Counted from the first letter of the stretch, positions 47,117 to 57,610 are shown. The stretch: DNA of 62,131 bases from an uncultured Saprospiraceae bacterium (GCA_964467315.1 CAYXSA010000012.1:1-62131), one strand, 5' to 3'. Numbers and translations: made by a program. The notes: a model not told the origin generated them from the sequence alone.

Positions 47117-47236
47117 ACTTGCCCCACGCCAAAGGGGCGCGGGGCGCAGGCGACAAGGGGAATTTTTATCGGTACAAGGCGCATAAAACAAATAAAAAAA
47201 GCCCCGCCGCAACTTTTTGCGGCGGGGGCGATATTT

Positions 47237-47366
47237 GCGTGAGGGATAGTAGGGGCAGACCAATGTGTCTGCCCTTTTGGGCAGCACAGGGCTGCCCCGC
47301 ATAGCCCGACCCTGCGACCTTTAAGCGCCGTAGGCGCGGGGAGCAGGGGCACGCCCCCAAAAAACG
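47237..47366 (-). repeat. Palindromic repeat family, R orientation
   Basis: GCGTGAGGGATAGTAGGGGCAGACCAATGTGTCTGCCC...CATAGCCCGACCCTGCGACCTTTAAGCGCC...GGGGCACGCCCCCAAAAAA. Confidence 0.85.
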
Positions 47367-47373
47367 CTTGAAA

Positions 47374-47814
47374 CTAAGTACCCTCTATCTCAAAAAGGAC
47401 GCTGCGTACGGTGCGGGCGCTATCGGCGGGGTCGTATAGGCGTATGCGCGCTGTGCCTGTGCCGATAACACCGTTGGGGTAAGCGACCAATTTTAGCTCG
47501 AAGGAGTCGTTGGCGGGTATGGTCATGGTGTATTCGGTAACAGCAGGGACGCGGCATTGCTCATTGTCGCAGACGGCGACCTGCCAATCTGTGGGTATAT
47601 TCACGTCGTAGCGCTGCCATTTGACGGTGATAGGTGTGCTTTCTAAGTTTTTGAATTTGACCTTTGCATCAATTTCGGCGCTAATGGCGCGAGCGCTGTT
47701 GCTGACCGCAGTGGACGCTAAGCTGAACTCAATGGCGGGTTCTTCTATGGGGTCTCTCTCGCAAGAAGCGAAGACGAAAGAGCCCGCCAGCAAGGCGAAG
47801 AGCAATTTTTTCAT
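47374..47814 (-). CDS. Hypothetical lipoprotein
   Basis: Lipobox MKKLLFALLAGSFVFASC; the ORF's long Arg-rich 5' extension is unlikely to be real. Confidence 0.55.
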   Translation of the reverse strand: MKKLLFALLAGSFVFASCERDPIEEPAIEFSLASTAVSNSARAISAEIDAKVKFKNLESTPITVKWQRYDVNIPTDWQVAVCDNEQCRVPAVTEYTMTIPANDSFELKLVAYPNGVIGTGTARIRLYDPADSARTVRSVLFEIEGT

Positions 47815-47890
47815 GGGCGTAAGACGGATTGAATGAGCAAAAAAGAAGAGCGGCAGCACTATAGCGCCGTACAAATATACATAGATAACT

Positions 47891-50800
47891 TCATGTTTCG
47901 CGCTTTTCGTTGGGTAAATTTGCAAAAACAGCCGCTTTAGCTTGGCGCAAAATCTCTTTCCACGACAAGAGCGCCAAATCACGCGCCGTCGGTTTGGGCG
48001 GTAGCGGCGGCGGCGGTGGTGGCGGATTGAGGTCGGCAGCAGCACGCAAGGGCGTGCCTCCCGCAGGCGACCACTGCCAAGAAGAAGCTAAAGGACGAAA
48101 TAACAAATCGTTTGCCTCGTAAGAATGCCCCTTTTTTTTCGACTCTGGTAGGCTTAGGCTATCCACCAACTGCCCGAAAACATCGTATAAATAGAGCGTT
48201 TCGCCTTCTTTTTTGATTTTGCCCTTGTAGCTTCCCGCGATACTTAAACTGGGGTATTGGCTGCGAAATAAGACAGAATCCGCCACCAAAATCAGCATCG
48301 AATCGGGCGCGAGCACCAGCGGCTGCATAAAGCGAAAATCTACCGCCCCACCGACAAAACAGCCCTGTAACTGCACTTCGCTTTTCGATACGTTGCGCAA
48401 CTCTATAAACTCGGACTGCGTTTTTTTGTCCTCTACATCGTATAAAACCTCCGAAAAGGCGATTTTGCCTATGATATTTTGCGTCGGCGCTCCCGCGCTA
48501 AACTCTACAGGCGCAGACCAATGGCTATAGTAACCCAATCTATTTTTGAAGCGTACGCGCAAGCGATACAAGGCATTGGGTCGGGCTGCGCCCTTGGGCA
48601 GGGCTAAAGAGGCGTTGAAGCTGCTTATCTCGCCACTCTGCCAAGCGGGCGTGTACTCGTATAGGCGAGGGCGGTCAGCAGGGGCATTGGAGGGGCTTAT
48701 CTCTGCCAAATGCCATTGCATCGCAGCGAAGGGGCTGCTATCTTTGTATTCGGAGCAGACAAAACGCAGTTCATCGGCAGGGAAACCGTTGGCACCCGTA
48801 TAACGCAGGCTTGGCGTAGGAGGGCATTCGGTCGGGAGCTTGCTTAGTAGATACTGCCGACGTGCTTCGACGAAGCGGCGCAATTTCTGCAACTCCTCGC
48901 CGAAGCTTTTGTAATGGTGCCCCCAACGCATTTTATCTAAATCCACCATGCTTTGCGGCTTCGCAGGATTGTAGATAAAGCGCGCATACTCGTCCATCAT
49001 CATACCCATTTGCTCGCTGGTGAAGAGCAAATCCAGCACGCCGCGCAGGTGATTGATGTACTCGATTTGTATAGCGGGGTGCGAAAAGGCGGCTTTGCGC
49101 ATCGCCCCCGAAATGGTGCTATTGCCCGTCGTCTGTGTCCAAGTCGCATCCATATCCCAAGGGAAAATAATCCAATTATTTACCTTCGGGTTGTGGTACT
49201 CCATCCACCAATGTTGTTTTCTATAGCCCGTTTCGCGGTTGGCGATGATTTCCTGCGTTGCGAGAAAACCGAAATAGGCGGGTAGGTCGAGATGGGCGCG
49301 CCACCATGCTTCCGTATTGGGGAGTTCGCAATTTTTGTCCCATTCGAGATAGGGGCTATTTGACAGCCCAAACAGGCTGCTATCGGGGTGCTGATTGCGC
49401 AGTTTTGGGGGTTTGTAGGCGTATATATTGCCATTGGGCATGGCATGCGTCTGCAAAAAATCTTTGTCGAAATTTTCCATCAGCAGATAAATGCCCCAAA
49501 AATCGTTGCCTATCGTATCGTTTTCTATGGGCTGCGTTATCACGCGCAGGTGCAAAAAATCGGTCTGCGTAGCAGGCGCGCCTTGCAGATTAAAAAGCCG
49601 ATAAGTTAGGCATTCGGCGATGCCATGCGTATTGGGTTTGCCGAGCAGCCAAGTGCCCGAAAGCACCCATTTACCTCGTTTTACGGGGTAGGGGTTGCCG
49701 TAATTGTCGAGGGTTTTGGCGTGGTGGGCGCGGTTGAAGTTGAATTTTAGATTGCGTTTTTTGCGGGCATGGCGGTTGTTGTAGCCGCGAGAGCGAAAAC
49801 CGATATGGTCGTATACTGTGCCATTGTATACGACAGTACCCGTATTTTTGTAGCTATCACCACGATACTGATTGATATTGTATTCTACGTCTTCTTGGCG
49901 GGCAAGCAGATGGCAGATGGGCAGCGGGTATAGGTCTTTAAAGCTATATTTATGGAGATAGGGCGCAGGCTGGTCAAAGCAAAAGTAAGCAAAATTCGGC
50001 TGTGGGTCGTCCGAGTATGGCACCGTAACGCTTTCGCTTGTGCGGTCTTGGGCGCTGATGCGGTAGCGTATAAGCTGCCGATGTTTTTGCAGAGAAGCAG
50101 GCAAGCGGGCACTAAAAATGCCGTCGGCTGCCTGCTCGTCGCCATCTCTGCCTTCGTCGTTCATGGCTACGGCTATCCAATTTCGGGCATTGTTGTAGGC
50201 GGCATCTTTGAGGCGGATATAAGCGCCTGCAGGCACAAGCTGATAGAGCACATCGGCGCGCTGAACGCCTTCCGCGTCTTGTATGCGAGCGCGTATAAGG
50301 ACAGTTTCGCCGCTTTTCGGCTCTTGCGGTATGTGCGAAACCTTGTCAATGCGCGGCGCAGCATTGGCAGTAGGCAGCAAAACGGCAATGTTTGCCGCTG
50401 CGGGGCTGGGCATCGCACTGCGCCAATGCGCCGCCTCGTTATTCGGCAAAAGTGGGTGCATCAGCTGCAAACTCGTGCCCCGCGACTCACTCACGGTGGG
50501 GTAGGGGAAACCCAATTCGTATTCTACCTTGTCTATGATATTGCCCGCTGTGTCTGCCAATTCTACGCATTCGCCGCCCGATTTGAGCCGCCCCCTATAG
50601 TTGCCCCAGATTTTCGCGTTGGATGCTAAGGCAAATTTACGCGATAAATCCCGCGTATTTTGTGCCACTACCGCATATTCACCCGCTTGCAAGACGCTAC
50701 CTTTTGGAAATTCAAAATCTATCCCCCGCTGCAAACGCCAACCCGAAAGGTCTTGGGCACTCGTACCCGCATTATGCAGCTCTACAAATTCCGCCCTTAG

Positions 50801-50917
50801 CGTCGGACTTTCACCCGTCGAAAATAGTTCATTGATGACTATCCTCGATTGCGCAGCCAAAGACGATAGCCCACAAAAACAACTGAATAGGTAGGGAAAA
50901 AGCGAGCGCATACACAT
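47891..50917 (-). CDS. CotH kinase-family protein flanked by N- and C-terminal lamin-tail domains (LTD)
   Basis: LTD signatures INELFSTGE...EFVELHN (N-terminal) and FSEVLYD...EFIELRNVS (C-terminal); central CotH-like region (WDMDATW); signal peptide; 1008 aa. Confidence 0.7.
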   Translation of the reverse strand: MCMRSLFPYLFSCFCGLSSLAAQSRIVINELFSTGESPTLRAEFVELHNAGTSAQDLSGWRLQRGIDFEFPKGSVLQAGEYAVVAQNTRDLSRKFALASNAKIWGNYRGRLKSGGECVELADTAGNIIDKVEYELGFPYPTVSESRGTSLQLMHPLLPNNEAAHWRSAMPSPAAANIAVLLPTANAAPRIDKVSHIPQEPKSGETVLIRARIQDAEGVQRADVLYQLVPAGAYIRLKDAAYNNARNWIAVAMNDEGRDGDEQAADGIFSARLPASLQKHRQLIRYRISAQDRTSESVTVPYSDDPQPNFAYFCFDQPAPYLHKYSFKDLYPLPICHLLARQEDVEYNINQYRGDSYKNTGTVVYNGTVYDHIGFRSRGYNNRHARKKRNLKFNFNRAHHAKTLDNYGNPYPVKRGKWVLSGTWLLGKPNTHGIAECLTYRLFNLQGAPATQTDFLHLRVITQPIENDTIGNDFWGIYLLMENFDKDFLQTHAMPNGNIYAYKPPKLRNQHPDSSLFGLSNSPYLEWDKNCELPNTEAWWRAHLDLPAYFGFLATQEIIANRETGYRKQHWWMEYHNPKVNNWIIFPWDMDATWTQTTGNSTISGAMRKAAFSHPAIQIEYINHLRGVLDLLFTSEQMGMMMDEYARFIYNPAKPQSMVDLDKMRWGHHYKSFGEELQKLRRFVEARRQYLLSKLPTECPPTPSLRYTGANGFPADELRFVCSEYKDSSPFAAMQWHLAEISPSNAPADRPRLYEYTPAWQSGEISSFNASLALPKGAARPNALYRLRVRFKNRLGYYSHWSAPVEFSAGAPTQNIIGKIAFSEVLYDVEDKKTQSEFIELRNVSKSEVQLQGCFVGGAVDFRFMQPLVLAPDSMLILVADSVLFRSQYPSLSIAGSYKGKIKKEGETLYLYDVFGQLVDSLSLPESKKKGHSYEANDLLFRPLASSWQWSPAGGTPLRAAADLNPPPPPPPLPPKPTARDLALLSWKEILRQAKAAVFANLPNEKRET

Positions 50918-51035
50918 AAGGGATATTATACTATTAGATGATTTTGCAAAACGCCAAAAGTAGCGAAAAAATCGCCTCCCTCTAAACTTTTTTAGAAGGC
51001 TCGCCTAAAAATTAAAAAATTAAGCAATAAAAAAA

Positions 51036-51078
51036 CCGCATAAATAACTGATTTTCAGATATTTATGCGGCTTATCTT
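51036..51078. terminator. Terminator-like palindrome, a second copy of the element at 143-185
   Basis: CCGCATAAATAACTGATTTTCAGATATTTATGCGG with flanking A-run and T-run; downstream of the IscA-like gene. Confidence 0.65.
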
Positions 51079-51100
51079 GCGTTGTATCTTGGGGCTATGC

Positions 51101-51448
51101 TTAGGCAGAAAACGAGGTGCCGCAGCCGCAGGTGCTCGAAGCATTGGGATTGTTGAAGGTGAAGCCGCGATTTTGCAGACCCTCCAAAAAATCAATCTCT
51201 ATGCCCACCAAATAAATCGCGTGCGCCATATTCATCACGATTTTGATGCCCGACAATTCAAATTCGTCGTCGCCTTCTTTCTTCACATCGAAGCCCAAAA
51301 TATAGGAGAAGCCCGAACAGCCGCCGCCCTTCACGCCGACGCGCAGAAAATGCTCGCTCGTCAAATTTTGCTCCTCGCGTATGCGCTCAATCTGGCGTAT
51401 CGCGCCCTGCGTCAAACTCAAGGGCGCAGTGCTTACAGTCGTTTCCAT
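51101..51448 (-). CDS. HesB/IscA-family iron-sulfur cluster insertion protein; an alternative longer start at 51547 is possible
   Basis: FLRVGVKGGGCSGFSY and C-terminal CGCGTSF cysteine motifs. Confidence 0.75.
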   Translation of the reverse strand: METTVSTAPLSLTQGAIRQIERIREEQNLTSEHFLRVGVKGGGCSGFSYILGFDVKKEGDDEFELSGIKIVMNMAHAIYLVGIEIDFLEGLQNRGFTFNNPNASSTCGCGTSFSA

Positions 51449-51574
51449 ATCGTTGTCCGTATCTGGGTTGATAATTTTTTTATTTTTTTGGGGGCTGCGC
51501 CCGCCCTTGGCGGTCGCCGCTACGCTACGGGTTCGCTGTTCGCTCATACCTTCGCGCCTATGGCGCTCGGTACT

Positions 51575-51640
51575 GCGTGAGCCGTAGCATGCTACGGCTC
51601 TACACGCAGCCCTCCGCATCGCGTAGCCCCTTGCAAACTT
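51575..51640 (+). repeat. Degenerate partial copy of the repeat family (GAGCCGTAGCATGCTACGGCTCTACA module only), F-like orientation
   Basis: GCGTGAGCCGTAGCATGCTACGGCTCTACACGCAGCCC. Confidence 0.5.
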
Positions 51641-51700
51641 AACCACAAATTTAAGGCTTTTGTTGCGTATTGTCAAGCGCTTAAATCTGTTTTTTTAGAC

Positions 51701-52894
51701 TTAATCTATACTCCCTTCCTCACCCCCAAGACCAAACTCCCCCACAGCAAACACCAAAGCCCTCCGCTTTTGTGCCAAATCCTCTGCTAAAGTCTGCAAG
51801 GCAATGCGCTCCGCTCGCTGCAAAGCGAAAGCATAAGGACGCGCCAACAAAGCTGCAAGCTCGGCGCTACACTGCTGCCGATTGTACCAAAAATGCGAAG
51901 AACGATTGACCAAATCATCGACAAGCCGCAAACGGAAAGCCTGATATTCCTCCCGAAATAGCGGCGAACGCTCCGCATACAATTCCACACTGTCGAGCAG
52001 CCGCGTCATCATACCATCGCCCAAGCTATGCACCTGCACAGAATCCAGCAAAATAATATAATCAGGACTGCGAAACTCTATGCTATCTTGCGCAAAAGCC
52101 GATAAATATAAATTTACAAAATCGTCGTCGGCTGTATCTTCTGTGCTGCGCTGCGCCAAAAGCCGCCAAGCCCGCAAATCCCGCCAAAAATAATAGCGAC
52201 TTTCGTCCGCCATCCAATGCAAAAGCAGGCTATTGTCTGTGAGGGCATTGAGCCAAAAGAAATCGGGTAGGCTGTCGTTGCGGCGTAGCTGCTGTGTGGT
52301 GAGTTCGTTGATGCGGGCGGCGAGGCTGTCGGCTATGGAGCCGCTTTGCTGCCAAAGCTGCCGAAACTGCGCTGCCGTCTGCCGCTCTGCACCCAACAAT
52401 AAACGATACTCGCGCAAATGCTCCACCCAGTACTCCCCCAATACGCTGCGTATGCGTCGCTCAGTAGTAAGGCGCTGTATTTCTTGTTCGGTGGCATCTA
52501 TCCAACGCAGAGAGCCGCCGTAGACCCAGCCAAATTCTTCTGCCCTTTGCGGCAATCTGACTAAAATCCATGCTTCGTCGTAGTCTACGCCTTCCAATTT
52601 CATCTGCGTAGTCGTAGCGCTGATGCGCTGCGCAAAATGCAGGGTATCGCCTTTTTGATACTGCACAATGACGGGCGCTTGTATATCGGCGCGGGCACGC
52701 ACGAGGGCTACGCCCGTGCTAACGACGAGCCTTTGGGGCTGGGTAGCGCGCGCAAATTCGATAAATTCCTTGTTGCTTGCTTGGGTTTGGCTGCTATCGG
52801 CGCGGGCGGCTACACGGTTTTCTATCTGCGTCGTATCGCTACCGCAAGCCGCAAAAACAAAGAGCAAGAGGATAGAAAGGCGCGTTATCTGCAT
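51701..52894 (-). CDS. Hypothetical lipoprotein
   Basis: Lipobox LLLFVFAACGSD; 397 aa; no family recognised. Confidence 0.55.
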   Translation of the reverse strand: MQITRLSILLLFVFAACGSDTTQIENRVAARADSSQTQASNKEFIEFARATQPQRLVVSTGVALVRARADIQAPVIVQYQKGDTLHFAQRISATTTQMKLEGVDYDEAWILVRLPQRAEEFGWVYGGSLRWIDATEQEIQRLTTERRIRSVLGEYWVEHLREYRLLLGAERQTAAQFRQLWQQSGSIADSLAARINELTTQQLRRNDSLPDFFWLNALTDNSLLLHWMADESRYYFWRDLRAWRLLAQRSTEDTADDDFVNLYLSAFAQDSIEFRSPDYIILLDSVQVHSLGDGMMTRLLDSVELYAERSPLFREEYQAFRLRLVDDLVNRSSHFWYNRQQCSAELAALLARPYAFALQRAERIALQTLAEDLAQKRRALVFAVGEFGLGGEEGSID

Positions 52895-52943
52895 AAAAAA
52901 AGTATTTTTGTGTGTGGGCTGGCAATCTGCCCGAATAAGCGAT

Positions 52944-53057
52944 GCGTGAGGGATAGGAGCGGAACCACCAAAGCGCGTAGCGCTGAAGGTGATGGAGCGT
53001 ATAGCCCGACCCCGCCGCCCGCCTTTGCGGGCATTGGCGGGGGCACGCCCAAAAAAA
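52944..53057 (-). repeat. Palindromic repeat family, R orientation
   Basis: GCGTGAGGGATAGGAGCGGAACCACCAAAGCGCGTAGCGCTGAAGGTGATGGAGCGTATAGCCCGACC...GGGGGCACGCCCAAAAAAA. Confidence 0.85.
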
Positions 53058-53088
53058 TAAAAAAACGAACCACAAAAATACGGAGTTT

Positions 53089-54735
53089 ATGCGAATAAAA
53101 GAACTCACGCCGACGCTGGCGCTGCTGACCATGATGGGCGCGATGGGTGGTTATGTCTATCTTTTTGGCAATAGTGAGCGCGTTTTTTGGGCGGGATTTT
53201 TCTCTATACTGATATTTTATGCGCTGATTTTTTTCATGGGCAGCTACGTGGCGCGGCGGCAGGCGAACAAAACGGAGGGGCAAGATACCATGCTCGCGGG
53301 GCGCAGTATGCCGCTTTGGGTCTCGGTTTTCACGATGTGTGCGACTTGGCTCGGCGGCGGCTACATCAATGGCAGCGCCGAAGCCGCGTATAATAGCACG
53401 AAGGGGCTGATGTGGCTGCAAGCGCCTTGGGGCTATGCTTTGAGCCTGATTTTGGGCGGCATTTTCTTTGCGAAAATCATGCGGCGCTATAAATTTAAGA
53501 CCATGCTCGACCCGCTGGAGCAAAAATTTGGTAAGCGCATGACAGCGATTTTGTTTATTCCTGCGCTGGTGGGCGAACTGTTTTGGACGGCGGCGATACT
53601 CTCGGCACTGGGCTCGACTTTCGCCATCGTGATAGGCTTAGACCCGACGGTTTCTATTATTTTATCGGCAGTCGTGGCAGTGGCTTATACGGCGCTGGGC
53701 GGCTTGTGGGCGGTGGCGCTGACGGACGTTATACAGTTAACTTTGCTGTTTTTGGGCTTGTTTATCGTGCTGCCTTTTATCCTGAATAGCATCGGCGGCT
53801 GGGAAGCGGCTTGGGGCATTTATAGCGAGAAAATGGGTAAATTGGCTTCCTTTATACCCGACAGCGAGGCGCTGGGTGCGTACTATTGGAATTGGTGGGA
53901 TTTTGCCTTTTTGTTGGTCTTGGGGGGCATACCTTGGCAGAGTTATTTTCAGCGGGTATTGGCGGCGCGCAGCGATAGGACGGCGGTAAATTTGTCGGTG
54001 ATTTCGGGCATTGTTTGCCTTGTGGCGGCTGTACCTTCGATAATTATCGGTGTCGTGGGTTTTGCTACCGATTGGTCGGCGTATGGCGGCGCGCCTGCCG
54101 ACCCTCTGGATATTTTGCCCTATTCCATCAAGTATCTCACGCCGACTTTGATAGCGACTATTGGTTTGGGTGCTGTGGCGGCGGCGGTGATGTCGTCGGT
54201 GGATTCTTCCATTTTGTCGGCTTCTTCGATGTCGGTTTGGAACGTCTACCGTCCGCTCGTGCAGCCCAATCTATCGGAAGCCCAAATCAGCAAGTTGGTG
54301 AAAATAAATGTCTGGGTTTTGGGGGCTGTAGCTACGCTTATCGCCTTGAGTGTGGGCAGTATTTACGCGCTTTGGGCTTTGTGTGCGGATTTTGTGTATT
54401 GTTTGTTGTTTCCTGCTTTGGTTTGCGCTTTATTCGACCCAAAAAGTAATAAATATGGGGCTTTGGCGGGTTTTGTCTTGGCGGCGATTTTGCGTTTTGG
54501 GGGCGGAGAGCCTGCTTTTGGAGTGCCTGCTTTGCTGCCTTATCCGCTCATCAACGAGGCTGAAGAGCTAAAAGAGGGCGTGCGGGTGCTGGTGCTTTTT
54601 CCATTCCGCACGCTGGCGATGTTGGTGGGTTTGGTGTCGATTATCGTCGTTTCGCGGCTCACTCAAAAATGGCACAAAGCCGAGCCGCTAAGAGAGCAGG
54701 CAGGGGAGGAAGAGCCAAATTTGGCAAAGGTGTAA
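53089..54735 (+). CDS. Sodium:solute symporter family transporter
   Basis: 13-TM SSF architecture with typical N-terminal segment and G-rich helices. Confidence 0.8.
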   Translation: MRIKELTPTLALLTMMGAMGGYVYLFGNSERVFWAGFFSILIFYALIFFMGSYVARRQANKTEGQDTMLAGRSMPLWVSVFTMCATWLGGGYINGSAEAAYNSTKGLMWLQAPWGYALSLILGGIFFAKIMRRYKFKTMLDPLEQKFGKRMTAILFIPALVGELFWTAAILSALGSTFAIVIGLDPTVSIILSAVVAVAYTALGGLWAVALTDVIQLTLLFLGLFIVLPFILNSIGGWEAAWGIYSEKMGKLASFIPDSEALGAYYWNWWDFAFLLVLGGIPWQSYFQRVLAARSDRTAVNLSVISGIVCLVAAVPSIIIGVVGFATDWSAYGGAPADPLDILPYSIKYLTPTLIATIGLGAVAAAVMSSVDSSILSASSMSVWNVYRPLVQPNLSEAQISKLVKINVWVLGAVATLIALSVGSIYALWALCADFVYCLLFPALVCALFDPKSNKYGALAGFVLAAILRFGGGEPAFGVPALLPYPLINEAEELKEGVRVLVLFPFRTLAMLVGLVSIIVVSRLTQKWHKAEPLREQAGEEEPNLAKV

Positions 54736-54747
54736 AAACGCCCGACT

Positions 54748-55563
54748 ATGTACCAAGAAATCAAAGCAAGGGGCGAGGTTTCGCGCTGGATAGAGAGTTA
54801 TTGGGAGGCGCAAGCATCGACTTTATGTTACTTGCCGCCCGACGGCACGGCGCATTTATTGTTTTTGCCACAGGGGGGCGAGTTGCAGGGTTTGCGGCTT
54901 GCAGCGGGCTTTTATTTGCTGCCTTTGCAGATGCGAGCGATTTGCGTGCTGCCAGCAGGCAGGCTTTTCGGTCTGCGCGTGAAAGCCTTTGCGATGCCCT
55001 TGCTCCAAAAATCGCCCCTACTCGAAGCCTTGCCCGCGCTCGGCTGGCAACTTTCCGCAGGCAGCAAACTGCGCATATATCTCGAATCCGCTTGGGCGAT
55101 GGATATGCCACTGGAGCATATCTGCGGCTTTTGGGAGCTGCTTTGCGAAGAACTTTGGGGGCAAAATCAAAGCCTTTGGAGTGGCTCGCTGCGCGATAAG
55201 GTCAATTATATCCTCTTCCAACGGGGCGAAATATCCGTCGACACGATGGCTAAAGATTTCGGTATTTCGCGGCAGCGTCTACACCAGATTTTCAGCGCTT
55301 CGCTGCAAATTTCGCCCAAAAATCTGGCGAATATCTGGCAATTCAACCACTTTTTGGCACTCCTACAGCCCTCGCAATCGCTCACTTTTTCGGCGCTCGA
55401 CGCGGGCTATTACGACCAAGCGCACGGCACGCACGCCTTTCGCGCGCGCTTCGGCTGCTCGCCTTCCGAGTGGCTGCGCCTCCAAAATCAACCCTCCTTG
55501 CAGTTCGCGCGCCAGTGCATCATCAAGCGCTTCAACAACGATTACGACCCAAGCCCCGAATGA
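54748..55563 (+). CDS. AraC-family transcriptional regulator
   Basis: C-terminal tandem HTH_18 region (VDTMAKDFGISRQRLHQIF ... AHGTHAFRARFGCSPSEW). Confidence 0.75.
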   Translation: MYQEIKARGEVSRWIESYWEAQASTLCYLPPDGTAHLLFLPQGGELQGLRLAAGFYLLPLQMRAICVLPAGRLFGLRVKAFAMPLLQKSPLLEALPALGWQLSAGSKLRIYLESAWAMDMPLEHICGFWELLCEELWGQNQSLWSGSLRDKVNYILFQRGEISVDTMAKDFGISRQRLHQIFSASLQISPKNLANIWQFNHFLALLQPSQSLTFSALDAGYYDQAHGTHAFRARFGCSPSEWLRLQNQPSLQFARQCIIKRFNNDYDPSPE

Positions 55564-55696
55564 TTGGCAAAAAATCGCTCCTTATCGACCAAGCGCCCAA
55601 AAATGCCGACCAATTTCGCCGCCTCTTTACATTTTTACAAGCGCAGGCGGCTGTCTTGAGCTAATTTTGTGCTGTAGTTCGTTCTCATGGGCTTTA

Positions 55697-55856
55697 ATTT
55701 TTTTTGGGCGTGCCCGCCGCGCCACGCCCCTGCCAAAGGGGCAGGGGCGGAGCCGTAGCATGCTACGGCTCTACTGGCGCGGGGTCGGGCTATTCGGGGC
55801 GTATCCACATCGCCCAAATGGGCGAATGTTGATTCGCCCCTACTATCCCTCACGCA
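55697..55856 (+). repeat. Palindromic repeat family, F orientation; pairs with 57499-57610 and brackets the S41 peptidase gene
   Basis: TTTTTTTTGGGCGTGCCCGCCGCGCC...GAGCCGTAGCATGCTACGGCTCTACTGGCGCGGGGTCGGGCTATTCGGGGCGTATCCACATCGCCCAAATGGGCGAATGTTGATTCGCCCCTACTATCCCTCACGC. Confidence 0.85.
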
Positions 55857-55906
55857 AATCCCAAACACGAACAGTATCCCCAAAATTACCTTTTTTGCCA
55901 TTCCTT

Positions 55907-57349
55907 ATGAAAACCACCGCCAGTTTTACCCTTTGTTGTCTGCTATTTACCTCGCTTGTGGCACAGATGCCCGCACTCGACGAGGCGCAAAAAAAATCAA
56001 GCATCGAAGCCCTCTGCAAAAACATGGAGGCGCAATACGTCTTTGAAGATGTAGCAAAATCCTGCACAGAGCGCCTACAATCCGAACTAAAAAGCGGGCA
56101 TTTTGCCGAAGTAGCCGACTGGAAAGCCTTCGCCGAAGCGCTCACCGTTTCGCTGCAAGCCGTCAGCAAGGATAAGCATATCCGTGTGCGACTTACACCC
56201 GCCGCCCGCCAAGCCGCCAACGGCAGCGAACCGAAAAAAGAAGTCGCCCCTCCCACAGCCCCTGACCATCTGACTATGCTCGCCGAGTATCGCAGGGAGC
56301 AAGACCGCCGCGCAGGCGGCTTTGCGGAAGCCCGAATTTTGGAAAACAATATAGGCTATATCGATATTCGGGGTTTTGCGCAACCAAATGTTGGCGCGCC
56401 CGTCGCTGATGCTTATATGGCTTTAGTCAAGGGCTGCGATGCGCTTATCATAGATCTGCGCCGCAACGGCGGCGGCTCGCCCCGCATGGTGCAATATCTT
56501 TGTAGCTACTTTTTCACCGAGCGCGTACATCTCAATAGTCTCTATTACCGCGAAGGCGAGAGAACAGAAGAATTTTGGACAGTACCCGTGAAAGGACAAA
56601 TACAGCCCAATTTGCCCTTGTTTATATTGACTTCGGATTATACCTTTTCGGGCGCGGAAGAATTTTCCTACAATATGCAAACCCGCAAACGCGCCACCAT
56701 CGTCGGCGATACTACAGGCGGCGGCGCAAACCCTGGTAGCTTGCAGCCCATAAATGAAGTCTTAGAAATTTTCGTACCCAATGGGCGCGCCATCAACCCC
56801 ATCACCAAAACCAACTGGGAAGGCACAGGCGTAAGACCCGACGTACTTACTAGCAGCGAAGAAAGTTTGGCAAAGGCGACAGAACTCGCTGTAGCGGCAG
56901 GAAAAACCTACCGCAGCGAACAAACTAAACAACAAGAACGGCTATTCGACGAAATACGGCAGCCCCTCGCCCAACTCAAAAAAACGCCCACAGATGCAGA
57001 AGCCGAGAAAAAACTGCTTGCTGCTTTCCAAAAAGCGATAAAAGAAGGTATACTCGACGAGGAATATATCAATTTCTTAGGCTACGAATACCTGCTACAC
57101 AGCAACGACAGCCAAACAGCCGAATTGGTATTCAAGGCAAATACGCAGTTATTTCCGCAGTCTGCCAATGCCCAAGATAGCTACGCGGGCGCTCTTTTGC
57201 AGAGCGGCAAACAGCGCCAAGCCGTACAATACTACGAAAAGGCGGTATTGATGGGAAGGGAACAAAAGGACCCGCTACTGCCCATCTTCAAAGAAAATCT
57301 AAAAAAAGCAAAAGAGGAAAGCGCTAAATCCAAGACTAAGTCCCAATAA
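55907..57349 (+). CDS. S41-family peptidase (C-terminal-processing or tricorn-core type) with a C-terminal TPR-like region, secreted
   Basis: Signal peptide MKTTASFTLCCLLFTSLVAQ; IIDLRRNGGGSP and GDTTGGGANPG S41 motifs; the ORF's 5' extension runs through the repeat. Confidence 0.8.
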   Translation: MKTTASFTLCCLLFTSLVAQMPALDEAQKKSSIEALCKNMEAQYVFEDVAKSCTERLQSELKSGHFAEVADWKAFAEALTVSLQAVSKDKHIRVRLTPAARQAANGSEPKKEVAPPTAPDHLTMLAEYRREQDRRAGGFAEARILENNIGYIDIRGFAQPNVGAPVADAYMALVKGCDALIIDLRRNGGGSPRMVQYLCSYFFTERVHLNSLYYREGERTEEFWTVPVKGQIQPNLPLFILTSDYTFSGAEEFSYNMQTRKRATIVGDTTGGGANPGSLQPINEVLEIFVPNGRAINPITKTNWEGTGVRPDVLTSSEESLAKATELAVAAGKTYRSEQTKQQERLFDEIRQPLAQLKKTPTDAEAEKKLLAAFQKAIKEGILDEEYINFLGYEYLLHSNDSQTAELVFKANTQLFPQSANAQDSYAGALLQSGKQRQAVQYYEKAVLMGREQKDPLLPIFKENLKKAKEESAKSKTKSQ

Positions 57350-57498
57350 ACAAACGGTCATAATCATTACGTCAATCCTGTATTCGGGCAAAACTGCCCC
57401 CAACAACGCAAGCCGCGAAGGTATTGCGTTGTTTTTTTGTTGGGGGTTGGATTGCGGGATACAGCCTGCGCGCGCCCGCCTTTGCGGGCGCAGCAAGT

Positions 57499-57610
57499 GC
57501 GTGAGGGATAGTAGGGGCGAATCAACATTCGCCCTGTTGGGCGATGGTGATGCGCCCCGAATAGCCCGACCGCGCCCCCTTTATTGGGGCGCGGGCACGC
57601 CCAAAAAAAC
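57499..57610 (-). repeat. Palindromic repeat family, R orientation; preceded by hairpin 57455-57495
   Basis: GCGTGAGGGATAGTAGGGGCGAATCAACATTCGCCCTGTTGGGCGATGGTGATGCGCCCCGAATAGCCCGACC...GGGCACGCCCAAAAAAA. Confidence 0.85.
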
